A DNA stretch of 64,000 bases, taken from the NCBI GenBank assembly GCA_963924565.1, contig OZ004615.1, positions 18,290,001 through 18,354,000 on the forward strand. The letters run 5' to 3'. Made by a program: the position numbers and the translations under genes. The notes beneath the pieces were generated by a model. It worked only from the letters and a program-made list of their open reading frames with translations. It did no database searches and had not been told where the DNA came from. Below are positions 37,172-49,200 of this stretch, in pieces. The number at the start of each line of letters is the position of its first letter. Within the stretch, counting starts at the first letter, position 1. This DNA is from Ascidiella aspersa. Its lineage: Eukaryota.

Positions 37172-37894
37172 CGACCGCAAGGGGCTTTTCCAATGGCTAG
37201 ACGTTTTGCTGCAAAATCGAAAAATGCCTACAGCTTCAGAAGACCTTAAATTTGCGCGCTTCAACAAATAGAGTACATTATACCTTAGTAAACTTTTGGT
37301 TTTGGAATTCGTACAGCGTATGTTTGGAAACAGAATTTACATAGAACACTGTTTGTATCTTTTACATCTATAGTAACTATACGTACAAGTAGGAACAGCA
37401 TTACTGCCTGGATTTGGTAGCATTTATTGGCAGTTGTACTTCGTTGTAAAACACTTGCGTTATGATCCATATATTTTACTTTTGCATAATACACAGTGAT
37501 ACAATCGTAGTTTTTTTCATGGCCTAGTTCGACAGGTTTAGGTCTTATTTAGAGACGATTCTAGATCTAGTTCTGTCGTGTTCGCCTATTTGGCTTTATT
37601 ACGTCGCCGGTTTTAAAAGAATGGTATTATAGATTTTACTGCTTTAGATATTGTTGTTTTATTATCCTTTTTTGCTTTGTGCTAAAACTTTTATCTTCTT
37701 GCGCGCTGAGAATACATACGCAAGGTAAGACTACAAAATTATCACTAAATTTTTCTTTCACCTAAGGCCTAAAGGGTTGTATCTTAGGCTTCTGTCGTAG
37801 TACCTCAAAATATTTTTTTAGAACAAAAACATTCGTTAAGACTTTTAATAATATACAGCTTTTAAATAGCGACAAAACGTATACTTGAAAAATC

Positions 37895-39694
37895 TCATCT
37901 AGAAAAGTTTCTTTTATCTTGATTTTTTCTTCCGACATTTTTATAGATCTTTGCCTTATGGCTTTGTTGGTTTCCATACTGATTCCGCTTTACATTTCTA
38001 CTGGCCTTTTTACTGTGAACATTCAGGTCAACAAAAGGTGGTACTGTGAAGCCAAATGAAGATGCTACTTTCTGCAAATCCAGGGTCTCAACATTGAAAA
38101 TCGATTTCAAGGAATGTGATGCATATGCTCGAATGTAGGACTTGTAGGCCTCCTGTGAAGACTTGTGGAGAAAGTAGTTTTTCTGGATCAACTTCTCCAG
38201 TTGGTTTTGGATGTTAGCTATTTTGGACCAGGAAAACTCAAATTCGTTTAGAGGTACTTTGGCGTGTCTCAAGTATCGAAGGAATCCAAGCTCCTCTGGC
38301 CTTAAAATCAGCAGAGCATGACCCTTTCCATGCACGCCACGAGCAGTACGGCCAACCCTGTGAATATATTCCTTTGGATCATCTGTAGGGTCATACTGCA
38401 CAATCCAATCAACCTCTGGGATATCCAATCCTCTGGCTGCAACATCCGTACAAAGAAGTGTTCCCTTTTCAGCATTGCAGAATTGAAAGAATGTGGTGGT
38501 TCGTTTTGTTTGTTTCTGCTTGCCATGAATGCTTAAACAAGGCAAATCGATGTAGTTCAAAAGCTCATAGTGGTATTTTACACTCATGCACGATGAAAAG
38601 AAAACCATAATCTTTTTGTCACGATTTCTTCTCAAGAATGTAAAAAGCACTAGGAAACGCTTCTCTGAAGGACAAACAACATATCCTTGCTCCAGACCCT
38701 CTCTTGTAGCTTCCTCTTTTACATCATCAACTCCAACATACAATGGCATCTTCTTTAGTGAAACTCTTGCAAGATCCTCAGTTTTTTTTGTTTGTGTAGC
38801 AGAAAATAACATGGTCTGTCGTCGCTTTGGAAGGAGGCGAATAATTTGTTTCATTTCTTCCTCGAAACCAACCTCGAGTATTCTGTCAGCCTCGTCAATA
38901 ATTAAACATTGCAAATTTCTATGCATAAACTCGGGTGTGTTTTGTAAATGATCTAGCAATCGTCCAGGAGTTGCCACAAGTAAATTGACCCCATTTGCTA
39001 ACTTTTTTGCCTCTGAGGATCTGTTACTCCCCCCCATGATCAGACCAAATGTTTGACAGTGGTATTTCATAACATCTTGGCAAACTCCATAGATTTGCAT
39101 GGCAAGTTCTCTTGTTGGTGATATGATGATAATTCCAGTTCCATTTCTTGGCATGAACTTGAGTTTGTAGAGAAGCTCGACAGCAGGAATTAAAAATGCT
39201 AAAGTTTTTCCACTTCCAGTTTTTGCAGCTGCCAATAAATCTCTGCCTTCAAGCAATGGCGGAATTGACTTTGCCTGAATTTCCATCATATGGGTAAATG
39301 ACATTTCCTCTATTGATTTTAAAGTTAGATCGCTGACACCTAGTTTGCTTAATGAGGCAAAAGAAGTGTCCTCAGTTGGTGTTTCTTTTATAACCTTAAC
39401 AGGTAGCGATGTATCAGGGGCAACTGTTATATCCAAAGGTTCCGGTTTAGTTTCTTCTTCTGACACAACAACGTCCTCGGTTGAACTTTCTTCTGGTGGT
39501 GGTGAAGACTTTTCTTCCATCTTAATATTCTGGTCATCTTCTGCATTTTCTCTTCCATGCAATTGTGAGTATTCAGTATCAGGAACAGAAACAGACTCTG
39601 CCTGCAATACTTTTTCTCTCAGAGACTTTAGTTGCATTTGTCGCTCTTTGCGCTTGTTAAGCTTCTTTCGAACTTTTCGCATGTGGTCAGCCAT
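37895..39694 (-). CDS. DDX18: ATP-dependent DEAD-box RNA helicase DDX18/Has1 (ribosome biogenesis), single-exon CDS
   Basis: 599-aa uninterrupted ORF with Q motif, [35 protein letters not shown] and HRVGRTAR, plus Has1/DDX18-specific segments ([58 protein letters not shown]). Confidence 0.97.
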   Translation of the reverse strand: MADHMRKVRKKLNKRKERQMQLKSLREKVLQAESVSVPDTEYSQLHGRENAEDDQNIKMEEKSSPPPEESSTEDVVVSEEETKPEPLDITVAPDTSLPVKVIKETPTEDTSFASLSKLGVSDLTLKSIEEMSFTHMMEIQAKSIPPLLEGRDLLAAAKTGSGKTLAFLIPAVELLYKLKFMPRNGTGIIIISPTRELAMQIYGVCQDVMKYHCQTFGLIMGGSNRSSEAKKLANGVNLLVATPGRLLDHLQNTPEFMHRNLQCLIIDEADRILEVGFEEEMKQIIRLLPKRRQTMLFSATQTKKTEDLARVSLKKMPLYVGVDDVKEEATREGLEQGYVVCPSEKRFLVLFTFLRRNRDKKIMVFFSSCMSVKYHYELLNYIDLPCLSIHGKQKQTKRTTTFFQFCNAEKGTLLCTDVAARGLDIPEVDWIVQYDPTDDPKEYIHRVGRTARGVHGKGHALLILRPEELGFLRYLRHAKVPLNEFEFSWSKIANIQNQLEKLIQKNYFLHKSSQEAYKSYIRAYASHSLKSIFNVETLDLQKVASSFGFTVPPFVDLNVHSKKASRNVKRNQYGNQQSHKAKIYKNVGRKNQDKRNFSR

Positions 39695-41136
39695 AGTTAT
39701 GAAAAAGATTTACAACTGTGGTAATCCCTAATATCTATATATACACAAATTATTTATTTGTTTTCAGGGTATCTGCGTAACAGGTTCACAATGCAAACAT
39801 GGGTAAAATTTTCATCCTGTGCTTATAGAATTCTTAAATACACTCTCATAGACTCATGACAGGACGTTAAATTATACAAAACAAATTTAGAGTATTTTAT
39901 TTCAAATATACTTTTACTAACACTTCGGAACCCCAATTAAACATTGTTTCTTGTTTTAAGAATTTAATAAATTTTGTATTGAAATCAAAAAAATAATTTT
40001 TTCAAAAGAGGTAAAAATATTTTTCATACACTTTTAAAGCCAGCACAAGTTAATGTCTAGACTGCAATTCGGGGTATGTGTCATTTTTCTATTTTTAATG
40101 ATTAACTCTGCAAAATTAGGAGCTCTTTCTATTTGGTTCGTAGAAAGTAACACAAAAAAGGTTTACAAATACAGCATACTGCAACACACATTATTTAGTA
40201 TAGGGTGACAGTTAGCATTTGGGTATAAGTGGGTCAAGTATTATTTATTTGTTATTTGCGTTACTTTCTACCTAAAATTGCTGGAGTGCCCAAAATTATT
40301 ATATGATAATATTATAAGAGTCAGCTGGGCAAATAACTTTTATCAATTTGCTCATTTAATTTTCTTACCAGTGGAAAACTAGGTTATTGTTTGTATGGAT
40401 GAAAGTATAGTACTATGGAAAGTGCACCTGCAAGTGTGTTTTCAGCAGAACCAACTTGCACCCAAAACGTCAAATATGTACCCTAATTTGTGTGTTTAAC
40501 AAGCCGGGTACATATTTGACCACTTAGTCACACGATTTATTTTGATGCACCCAGTGAGATCTTGTGATCTGCCATATATTTCAGACTGGCAAAAAAATCT
40601 TACCTCAACTAAACTTTTGTTTCAAATTTTGGTGTGCAATTACTAATTCAGGTATGCAGTGTACATGGATGGCTTTAAAAAATTTAATTAACGAGGAACA
40701 TAATCCCTTAAAACATATAAGCTTAAAACATGTAAAAAGCAATAAATATACTTAACTGAACTCATTATGTCACAACCACACGTGTTTGGAATTTTGGCTA
40801 CAGCCAAAGCGAAAATTATTAGTATCCTTGTTCGCTCAAAGTTAAAAGGTAGTATTAAATTATTACTACTAGATATACACTTTTAACTGTACTAATCTTG
40901 TATAATTATCCTAATTTTTTTATTAGAAAAATTTAGAATGTTTAATTAACTGCTATATAGACTGTAGAGCGACATGGTGCCAACGCTAATATGTAAATAA
41001 TCCCCCTTTTGTGGGATTTCCCCTTAACTTTCGGAAATATTTATTTACAAGTTAAAGAAGCCATTGGATTTAAGTTGCGACTGTCGCTTGAGTTATCCAA
41101 TTCGACGTTTATTACTGTGAACACTAGTTTGAAACA
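39695..41136. promoter_or_regulatory. Putative shared (bidirectional) promoter region of DDX18 and DNTTIP2
   Basis: Head-to-head start codons 1.44 kb apart; no transcription start sites can be placed from sequence alone. Confidence 0.5.
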
Positions 41137-44100
41137 ATGCCAAGGCGGAGCCTACGAATCCGTAACAGAGACAGCGAAACTAGTCAGGATGAAACAACCG
41201 TAGATCAAGTTGAACAATCTAAAAAGCTTACACCCGTAAAAGAAAGCATCAGGGTTGGTAGCCGAGGTCGCATATACGGGCGTTTATGTCGCATATACGG
41301 GCGCTTGTAGGTCGCATATACGGGCGGAGATGTCGCATATACGGGCGTTCGCATAATGTCGCATATACGGGCGAATTTCTCTACCGAACATACTGTGTGG
41401 TGTAAGGCGTCGGAATGGCGTTCTATCAAATTTTAGTAGGCCATTATGAAGTGTTTGTGTTGCCTGACAGTTATGACGTCATATCATGTCTTCATCGTGA
41501 CGTCACACTCATCAAGTGCTGTAGTAAATAGCTCATATTTGGCTAGGTCGCATATACGGGAGTTCGCATAATGTCGCATATACGGGCGAATTTCTCTACT
41601 GAACATACTGTGTGATTTAAGGCGTCAAAACGGCGTTCGAATGAATTTTAGTTGACCATTATAAAATGTTTGTGTTGCCTGACAGTTATAACGTCATATT
41701 ATGTCTTCATAATTACGCCACACTAATCTAGTGGTGTAGTAAATTACCATACTGTAATACTGACGGTCCTAACGATTCTTGCTAACAAAATACAGCAGCT
41801 GCCAATTAACACACTCAAAATACATTTGTATTGGATAAATAAAAAATATAAACAAAACTATAAAACAAGACTATAAATTAGCAAACGGTTTATATAAGGT
41901 TATTTTGTTACATCATACATTCGATTTTTGTTCTGGTAATGTATTTCACATTTTGCTTGATTTCTTGTCGGTTAGCTGACCGTCATAAAATATGGCTTTG
42001 TCTCCATGGTAAATTTCGATATACAGCGAGCCAATCCAAAATTTGGCAGCAAAATCGTATAATCTTTTATTTAAAGAAAACAATTACCAAACAAATACTG
42101 TAAAACGTAAAATAAAATACCGCGAAATCCAAAAAAGAACGCAACGATATTGCAATAATAATAGTATATACTCACTTGCGGGAGGCTATTTGTATGTTTA
42201 AAACAACAGATAAGTAAATGAAAAATAAATAACAGGCGTAGTATATATCAAACTAGATTTTTTCATTAAACACAGTGTTTCTACTGAGGACCGCGACTGA
42301 AGTGACAAGAAGGATTAGGAACATAAAAAATGAATTTATTTAATTTTAAGTTAAAAAAATTATTCGAACGCCGTTTTGACGCCTTAAACCACACAGTATG
42401 TTCGGTAGAGAAATTCGCCCGTATATGCGACATTATGCGAACGCCCGTATATGCGACCTAGCCAAATATGAGCTATTTACTACAGCGCTTGATGAGTGTG
42501 ACGTCACGATGAAGACATGATCTGACGTCATAACTGTCAGGCAACACAAACACTTCATAAAGGCCTACTAAAATCGGATAGAACGCCATTCCGACGCCTT
42601 ACACCACACAGTATGTTCGGTAGAGAAATTCGCCCGTATGTGCGACATTATGCGAACGCCCGTATATGCGACCTAGCCAAATATATGGGTAATTTACTAC
42701 ACCACTAGATTCGTGTGACGTCACGATAAAGACATGATATGACGTCATAACTGTCAGGCAACACAAACATTTTATAATGGCCAACTAAAATTTATTCGAA
42801 CGCCGTTTTGACGCCTTAAACCACACAGTGTGTTCAGTAGAGAAATTCGCCCGTATATGCGACATTATGCGAACGCCCGTATATGCGACCTAGCCAAATA
42901 TGAGCTATTTACTACAGAACTTCATGAGAGTGACGTTACGATGAAGACATGATATGACGTCATAACTGTCAGGCAACACAAACACTTCATAATGGCCTAC
43001 TAAAATCTGATAGAACGCCATTCCGACGCCTTACACCACACAGTATGTTCGGTAGAGAAATTCGCCCGTATATGCGACATTATGCGAACGCCCGTATATG
43101 CGACATCTCCGCCCGTATATGCGACCAACAACCGCCCGTATATGCGACATAAACGCCCGTATATGCGACCTCGGCTACCAACCCCTCTCAAAGAAAGAAC
43201 GGAAGCACCGCATGACAGTGTTGAAGTTAGTCCACATACTGACGATACAAGTGAAGAAGATGATGTTGATGTTATTTTTAAAAACGTACACAATGACAAT
43301 GATTCTAACGATTCAAGTGATTCAGACAGTGACATTGATTCTTTTGCTGACGATTTTGCAGAAAAATTGGCAAAAAGTTACAACTTATCTCAACAAAAAG
43401 ACCCCATGCATAATCCATCACATATATATTCAACTATCAATGAACAAGTAGAAACCTTGTAAGAAACCTTATTTTTATAATTTTGATAATGTGTTCTTAC
43501 TTTTTATTATTCTATTGCTGGGCAAATTTGAAAGTTTTGTTTGTTTATACCTAAGCAAACTTTAAAAAAAACTCGGTAGGCCTACACTGTGCAATGTTTA
43601 CTGCTCAAAACATAAAAACTGTGTTTGGAAAAATAAATAAAATATCTGAACAACTAAATTCCATGTCATGTGTTTTAGGATTTAAATTGCTTTTACAAGC
43701 CTTTAGTGTTTTTATTCAGATCATCTTCCATCGATGTTGGTGATTTGAATGTGGAGGGATATCTTTCTGTTGATTCTCCAACTGAAGGGAATAGGAAGAT
43801 ATTGAACCTATATGCCCCAAATAATAAAAATGATCCAGTAAGTTATTTCATTCAACGGATTTTTTAAACATTTTAATTAATATTAATTAAATTGATAAAG
43901 CTTGAACATATAGAGAACTATCATTATATTCTACAAAAGATGAACAACTATATCTGAGACAGAAAATTTAATTTATTTTCTTACTTACAATGAATATAAG
44001 AAAGTAAATGATTTGAAAGTGCTAAATACAATTATGCCTGTTTTTTTTTTATTTTTTTCAACACATTGTTAGTTTGTTCCTTTTTTAACTAATATACAAT

Positions 44101-45256
44101 GTTTGAAAAACCATCAAAAGTCAATGCAAGTCATAGAAAGACACTGTAAGTCATGGAACAGGAAGTTGACGTGAAGGCAAATTCATCCTCGCAGTTAGAT
44201 ATAAAGATAACATTGCTTAAAAAGGCAAAGAATGGTTAAACATCTCACTGTGGAGTTAGATTTTTGCCATCACAACATTCCATTCAACATTCATTATTTG
44301 ACACTGTTGTTTATTCCCTACTTATTTGTTATAATATTTTTTGTTTTTTAAAGGTTTTGAAATATTCAGTTATCACTCCTGACTTTGAGGCAAAGCATCA
44401 AGTACCAATAGAAGCCGGAAAACGTGCCCTAAAGAAACAACGAAAGCAAGAGCGAGACTCCACATCCGGCAAGAAATGGTAATTTCAAGTATTTGCCTAA
44501 AACTGATTTTTTCACAAATTGTTGGGTTATGGACAATTAGTATAAATTATACTTAATTTATAATAAATGAGACCTAAACCCGGTAATTTTTTTTCGTATA
44601 CTGTAATTCACCAACATGATCTGCCATTCCTAACTTATCATTTTTTACTAGGTTTAACATGAAAGCTCCAGAAATGACGGAGGAAGTCAAACGTGATATG
44701 AAGATCTTACAAATGAGATCAATACTTGACCCCAAGCGATTTTACAAGAAAAATGACAGAAGAACGGTTCCAAAATATTTCCAGGCATGAAGATTTTACA
44801 CTGTTCTAAGTTCAAGTTGCCATCTTACTAATAAGATGAACATGTTAAAAACATGTGCTAAAATATATGTTTTTTTACTTTTAAATGTCTGTTGCTAACC
44901 AATGAAAGTTTATATAAAACTAAATGTAATTGCTGGCACTTTATAACATTATGCCCTCCCTATTTGGTTTTTAGATTGGTAAGATCATGGACAATTCAGC
45001 CGATTTTTACAGTTCTCGTGTACCCAAGAAACAAAGAAAAAATACGCTTGCAGATGAATTGCTTGCTGATGCTAACTTTAAGCGCTACCAAAAGAAAAAG
45101 TAAGATAGATAACTTATTCCCTATAATGTTTTTTTTAGCGTGGTATCAGTCACTGTATAAAATATTTCTATTTGCAGATACAATGAAATCCAAGCAAAAA
45201 GAAGAGCGATGGGTGGCTACCATGGTTACAGAAAAAGAAAAAAAGACAAAATGTGA
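41137..45256 (+). CDS. DNTTIP2: Deoxynucleotidyltransferase terminal-interacting protein 2 / Fcf2 pre-rRNA processing factor; exon 1 interrupted by a 1.94-kb insertion
   Basis: Exon 1a 41137-41246 (MPRRSLRIRN...TPVKE) and 1b 43198-43458 (RTEAPHDS...), then 43720-43837, 44354-44478, 44652-44784 (GC donor), 44975-45099, 45178-45256. Fcf2-domain motifs TSGKKWFNMKAPEMT, LQMRSILDPKRFYKKND, PKYFQIG, DFYSSRVPKKQRK and TLADELLAD. Confidence 0.9.
41247..43189. mobile_element. Non-autonomous foldback-like DNA element with long modular inverted arms and 8-bp TSD
   Basis: TSD AAAGAAAG at 41239-41246 and 43190-43197. Near-terminal inverted repeat GGGTTGGTAGCCGAGGTCGCATATACGGGCG. About 500 bp of inverted identity (41252-~41750 vs ~42684-43184), AT-rich core ~41755-42359, no transposase ORF. 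Confidence 0.93.
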
Positions 45257-46219
45257 AATTTTACTGTTTTGTCTGAAAAGTGTTGCTTACTTTGATATTA
45301 ATAAAAAGGTAAAAATGAAAAGATGCAGATTTCTTATCCTACTTGAAGAACTGTTCTTTGTTTAACTTTTCCTATTTATATTATATGGTAGTTTTTTTAC
45401 ATAGGATTCATATCACTTACACCTAGCCATATCCCACTCTAATTTATAAACTGCAACACATACTACATCTTTTAAAAATCTATATTTAAATAAGACAGGT
45501 TTCATAACCGATCAATGGCCATTGGTTTTGAATCAACACCACACAAATTTAACGAATTTTAACAAAAAATCTGTTGCACAAAAAATAATAAATTAAAGAT
45601 GTTTGAGGCATTTCCTTATTATGTTTTTTATTTTAAAACTTTAAAATGGCTAAACATACGCAGTATGCAGTTAAATCAAAACAAGATTAAATATTTATTG
45701 CCCTTTATCCAAACAAATTATCTTCGTCACTGCACCACATTGTTGTGAAAGTTCTGTCGTCAACTTCTAAATTGATGATAATACAAAGGGATTGAAATAC
45801 GAACTACAATTTCTAACTTTTGCATTTCTCAAGTTCTTATTTAAACGTCCTTATTTTTTTAACACCTCAAATACGTTGTGCGCTATTTTTTTCGCAAAAT
45901 TCTGTGATACCACAAATCCTTGCACAAAGATTGCAACTAAAAAACATGAATTGTTCAGCGCAACAGAAGTAGCGTCGTCCTCACACAACGATCTATGGCG
46001 TAAACAAAAATAAAATCTGTGCGACAATGCAGAAAAATATATCTCTATATATATATTATCTTTCAGCGTACAGATTGGCGAGGGACAGAAATGGAAAGAT
46101 TGCATAACAGTGCTCAGCGTAAAAAAATCAGGCGCCGCGAGTGGGTAAAATAAGCGCGCGTGTCAGACTCGCGAACGAAAAAGCGTAGTGCTAGTTTGCA
46201 TTTTGATCGCCGGCGAAAA

Positions 46220-49200
46220 TCACCGGCTGAAGTCCTTGCAATGAAATACACGCGCCTCTAACAAGGGCTGGACTTGCCACTTGAGCAGCTCCGGACTGGC
46301 TTCACGCTCCCGAAGCAGAGCCAGGTCGTCGAGCGCGTGCATCTTCAGCAATTCCTCCCTCAACAGCGCCAACTTGTGGTCATCCGCACTGTCCGCGGCG
46401 TTCCGCTTTCGAGGAAAAGTGATAAAGTTTGGCGTGTGCATCGCCTGCGACTTGCTGGCGGTGGCGCCGCCGCCTTTTTTAGCGGCTTTATTGTTGTTGG
46501 CGTCCAGCACCGGCTTCATTGACTTCTTGATCATGGTGATGGGCTCCTCGTCGGGGGCTTCCCCGGTGAAGGCCCGGTACGGATCGGCGCCGTCGCTTGA
46601 CGTCAGAGTGCGGCCATCTGGCGAAACTCGTATCTGAAATATGGTGAAGGTACCGTTGTAAGTATACAAATACATTACCCACGCTTTCTATGTTTCTTTT
46701 CATGATCAAGTCTATAAAACACTCGTATATCTGTGCTCTAAATTCTGAAAATTTCGCAATTCACAAAGTAAAGTGGGCTGGCCTTTAGCCCAACCTGTCG
46801 TTTCTTGATAGGTGCTATTTTTTATTCTTCGCCGTCCTTCTAATTTGTTGTTCCAGCGTAATAAGAAAAATATGGTGAAGGTTTTTTGAAAAGATACAGG
46901 GAAGTGCACGTATAAAGTTAAAAGCTCACTGCTACTTGCTGGTTGGCGAAACGTAACTGCTTAGGTTGTTGAATAGTTGTTTTTTTTTTCAGGGTGTGTG
47001 CAGATAACACGATAGGCTACGTTTACACACCCCTAAAGAAAGCTCTATTTTTGTGTTATGCAGACGTTTTACTTGTTATAATTTTGATTTTGTTATAACT
47101 TAGCAACTTTGAGCTCGAATAAGTTGAATACGCGTATAGGAACCAACTTGTACACTGTTAACAATCAAGCATGCTTTTATAATTTTATGAAAAAAAAATG
47201 GTATTAATTGGTGTTTTTATTCGAGCGTATTCGAGAAAATAACAGTACGCGCCCAACAGTGTAAGTTTTTTTAAAGGTAAAACCACACTGACCGTGTTGC
47301 TAATGCAATCGCAGCCATAGGCTAAATTAAACTCGTAACCCTGAACGAAACGAACATCGGTGCTTACCTCGCATGAACCAGCCTTTTCGAATTCGAGCAG
47401 TCGAAAAACGTTCTTGATGTGGTTCCTGACCACAGTTGAAAGCAGGGGCCCTGAGTCGGGGTCGGTTTTGATCTTGCAGTTTTTCAGACAATCGTAGCCG
47501 TCTTTTCCGCGGGCTACGTAGGCCTTGGTGGCCATGTTGTAGACCCGATCGGGTTCCACCGGCGCCCCGCCGACCCTGACCGTCTCCGCTAGCACCCTTT
47601 GCCCGGGAGGGTTTGACGGGTTGAAGCCGAAGCACATGTTGGACACCTATAGACGAGGGAAAATACGTTTTTCATGCGACCGAGTTTTCTATGTATAGCT
47701 TTTTTTATATATATATATTACGTCTCAAATTGTTTAAAATGCTTAGATTATCGCGTTTTAAGGCATTCTGCGAACTATTACAACTAATTCGTATATTGCA
47801 TGATACATATCACATTTATAGTTTCACATTCATGTGTGTACTTATTGTACTAGTTCCAAAAACCAAGGTTAGGCAATATTAAATATATAGGTTTGTACAA
47901 GGGTTCCCAATATTATTTACCTAATTTAATTTCTGGTGGTCTTTAAAGACAAACAAAACACACTAAAGGGAAGCAAAAAATAAATAAATAAAATCCATTT
48001 ATTAAAAAAAAACATTGAGAGTTTTTTGGTGTTAAGCACCGACTAATCTCGGTACTCTTGGTACATTAACTGAAGCATGCATATACAAAATGTGTATTCT
48101 GTGATCAAGCCCTGCTTGAGTAGTAGCCTACTGGCCAACGATAAAGGTCGTCACCCCCGGTGTGACGTACCATTATGTGTATTCAGTGAGAATTTAAAAT
48201 ACACAGACCACAAAACATTTTTTAATAAAAATAACATTATTAATACAGTAGTAACAGAATATTACGTTATGAGACAACCGATTATATATTTATGAATGAC
48301 TCTGACCTGCGGAAATCTCCCCTCTCGTTTGGGATATTTGCAGACTCCGTTCTCTAGCGCCTTTAGCAGCTGCTTGCCGGTGACCTCTATAATGACGACC
48401 GTGTCATTAATGGGGAGGATCTTCATCAAGTCGTCCAAGCGAAAATCTCCGCTCCTGATAGTGATAAAGCTCGTTATAAGAATTTCATGCAAAAGTATTA
48501 ATGTAGGGCAAATTCGAAAATGAATATAGACTACAAGTGGACAGTGGTAGATTTGAAGCAACGACTTTATTTAAAAGTTTTTTTTTATTTTTAAAAGTTT
48601 TTTTTTTCTTTTTCGTAAAAATTTTCACGAGGCTATCGTTAACTAAGTCAATATTATCAATTGTTCGTCACGATATAAGCGCCTGCTGTGTTCTTGATTG
48701 CTTAAACACGATCAAATTGCGGTCGTAAACCCTGTTAATTGGACTATCGGGGATAACTGTGTCTGTTCGACCAGCCATGGTCGTTAGGTTTTACCATGAA
48801 TCTAATTAAATTAGGCCTTAACAGCTTGGACATGGACCTGGAACAAAGTAGAGAACTATTAACAAAAAAATTATTTAATAATTTACATTTTTTCTTAAAT
48901 TATACATTTTTGCGAATGTTTCCTTCAAGAAACTACCAAAGGGCTAGTCGTCAATATGTACAAGTCGTAGGAAACTAACACTATTTTTGGGGGGACGTTA
49001 TAGTATAGGCCTACACAATTGAATTCATTTTCAAAATAATACATTACGAATATAACATAGTCTTTTCGATAGCACACCAATGAATGTACACTGTAGGCTA
49101 CATAAAATCGCATATCACTTGGTATGATAAAATTTTGTAACATCGCCTTTCAGCGTTGGCCTGGCGACGAAAGCTAATTTGCGTTTTCGTCGTATCTTTT

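Noticed and set aside
41267-41373. Regularly spaced 16-bp repeats that superficially resemble a CRISPR array
   Set aside because: Spacers are only 5-9 nt, the array is mirrored at the other end of a TSD-flanked element, the DNA is eukaryotic and there are no cas genes.
41205-43335. Minus-strand ORFs 41205-41429, 42599-42784 and 43000-43335
   Set aside because: They are translations of the element's repeats or antisense to DNTTIP2, with no transposase motifs.
44892-45365. 157-aa ORF overlapping the DNTTIP2 3' exons
   Set aside because: Wrong frame and runs through introns; the Fcf2 motifs are in the spliced frame.
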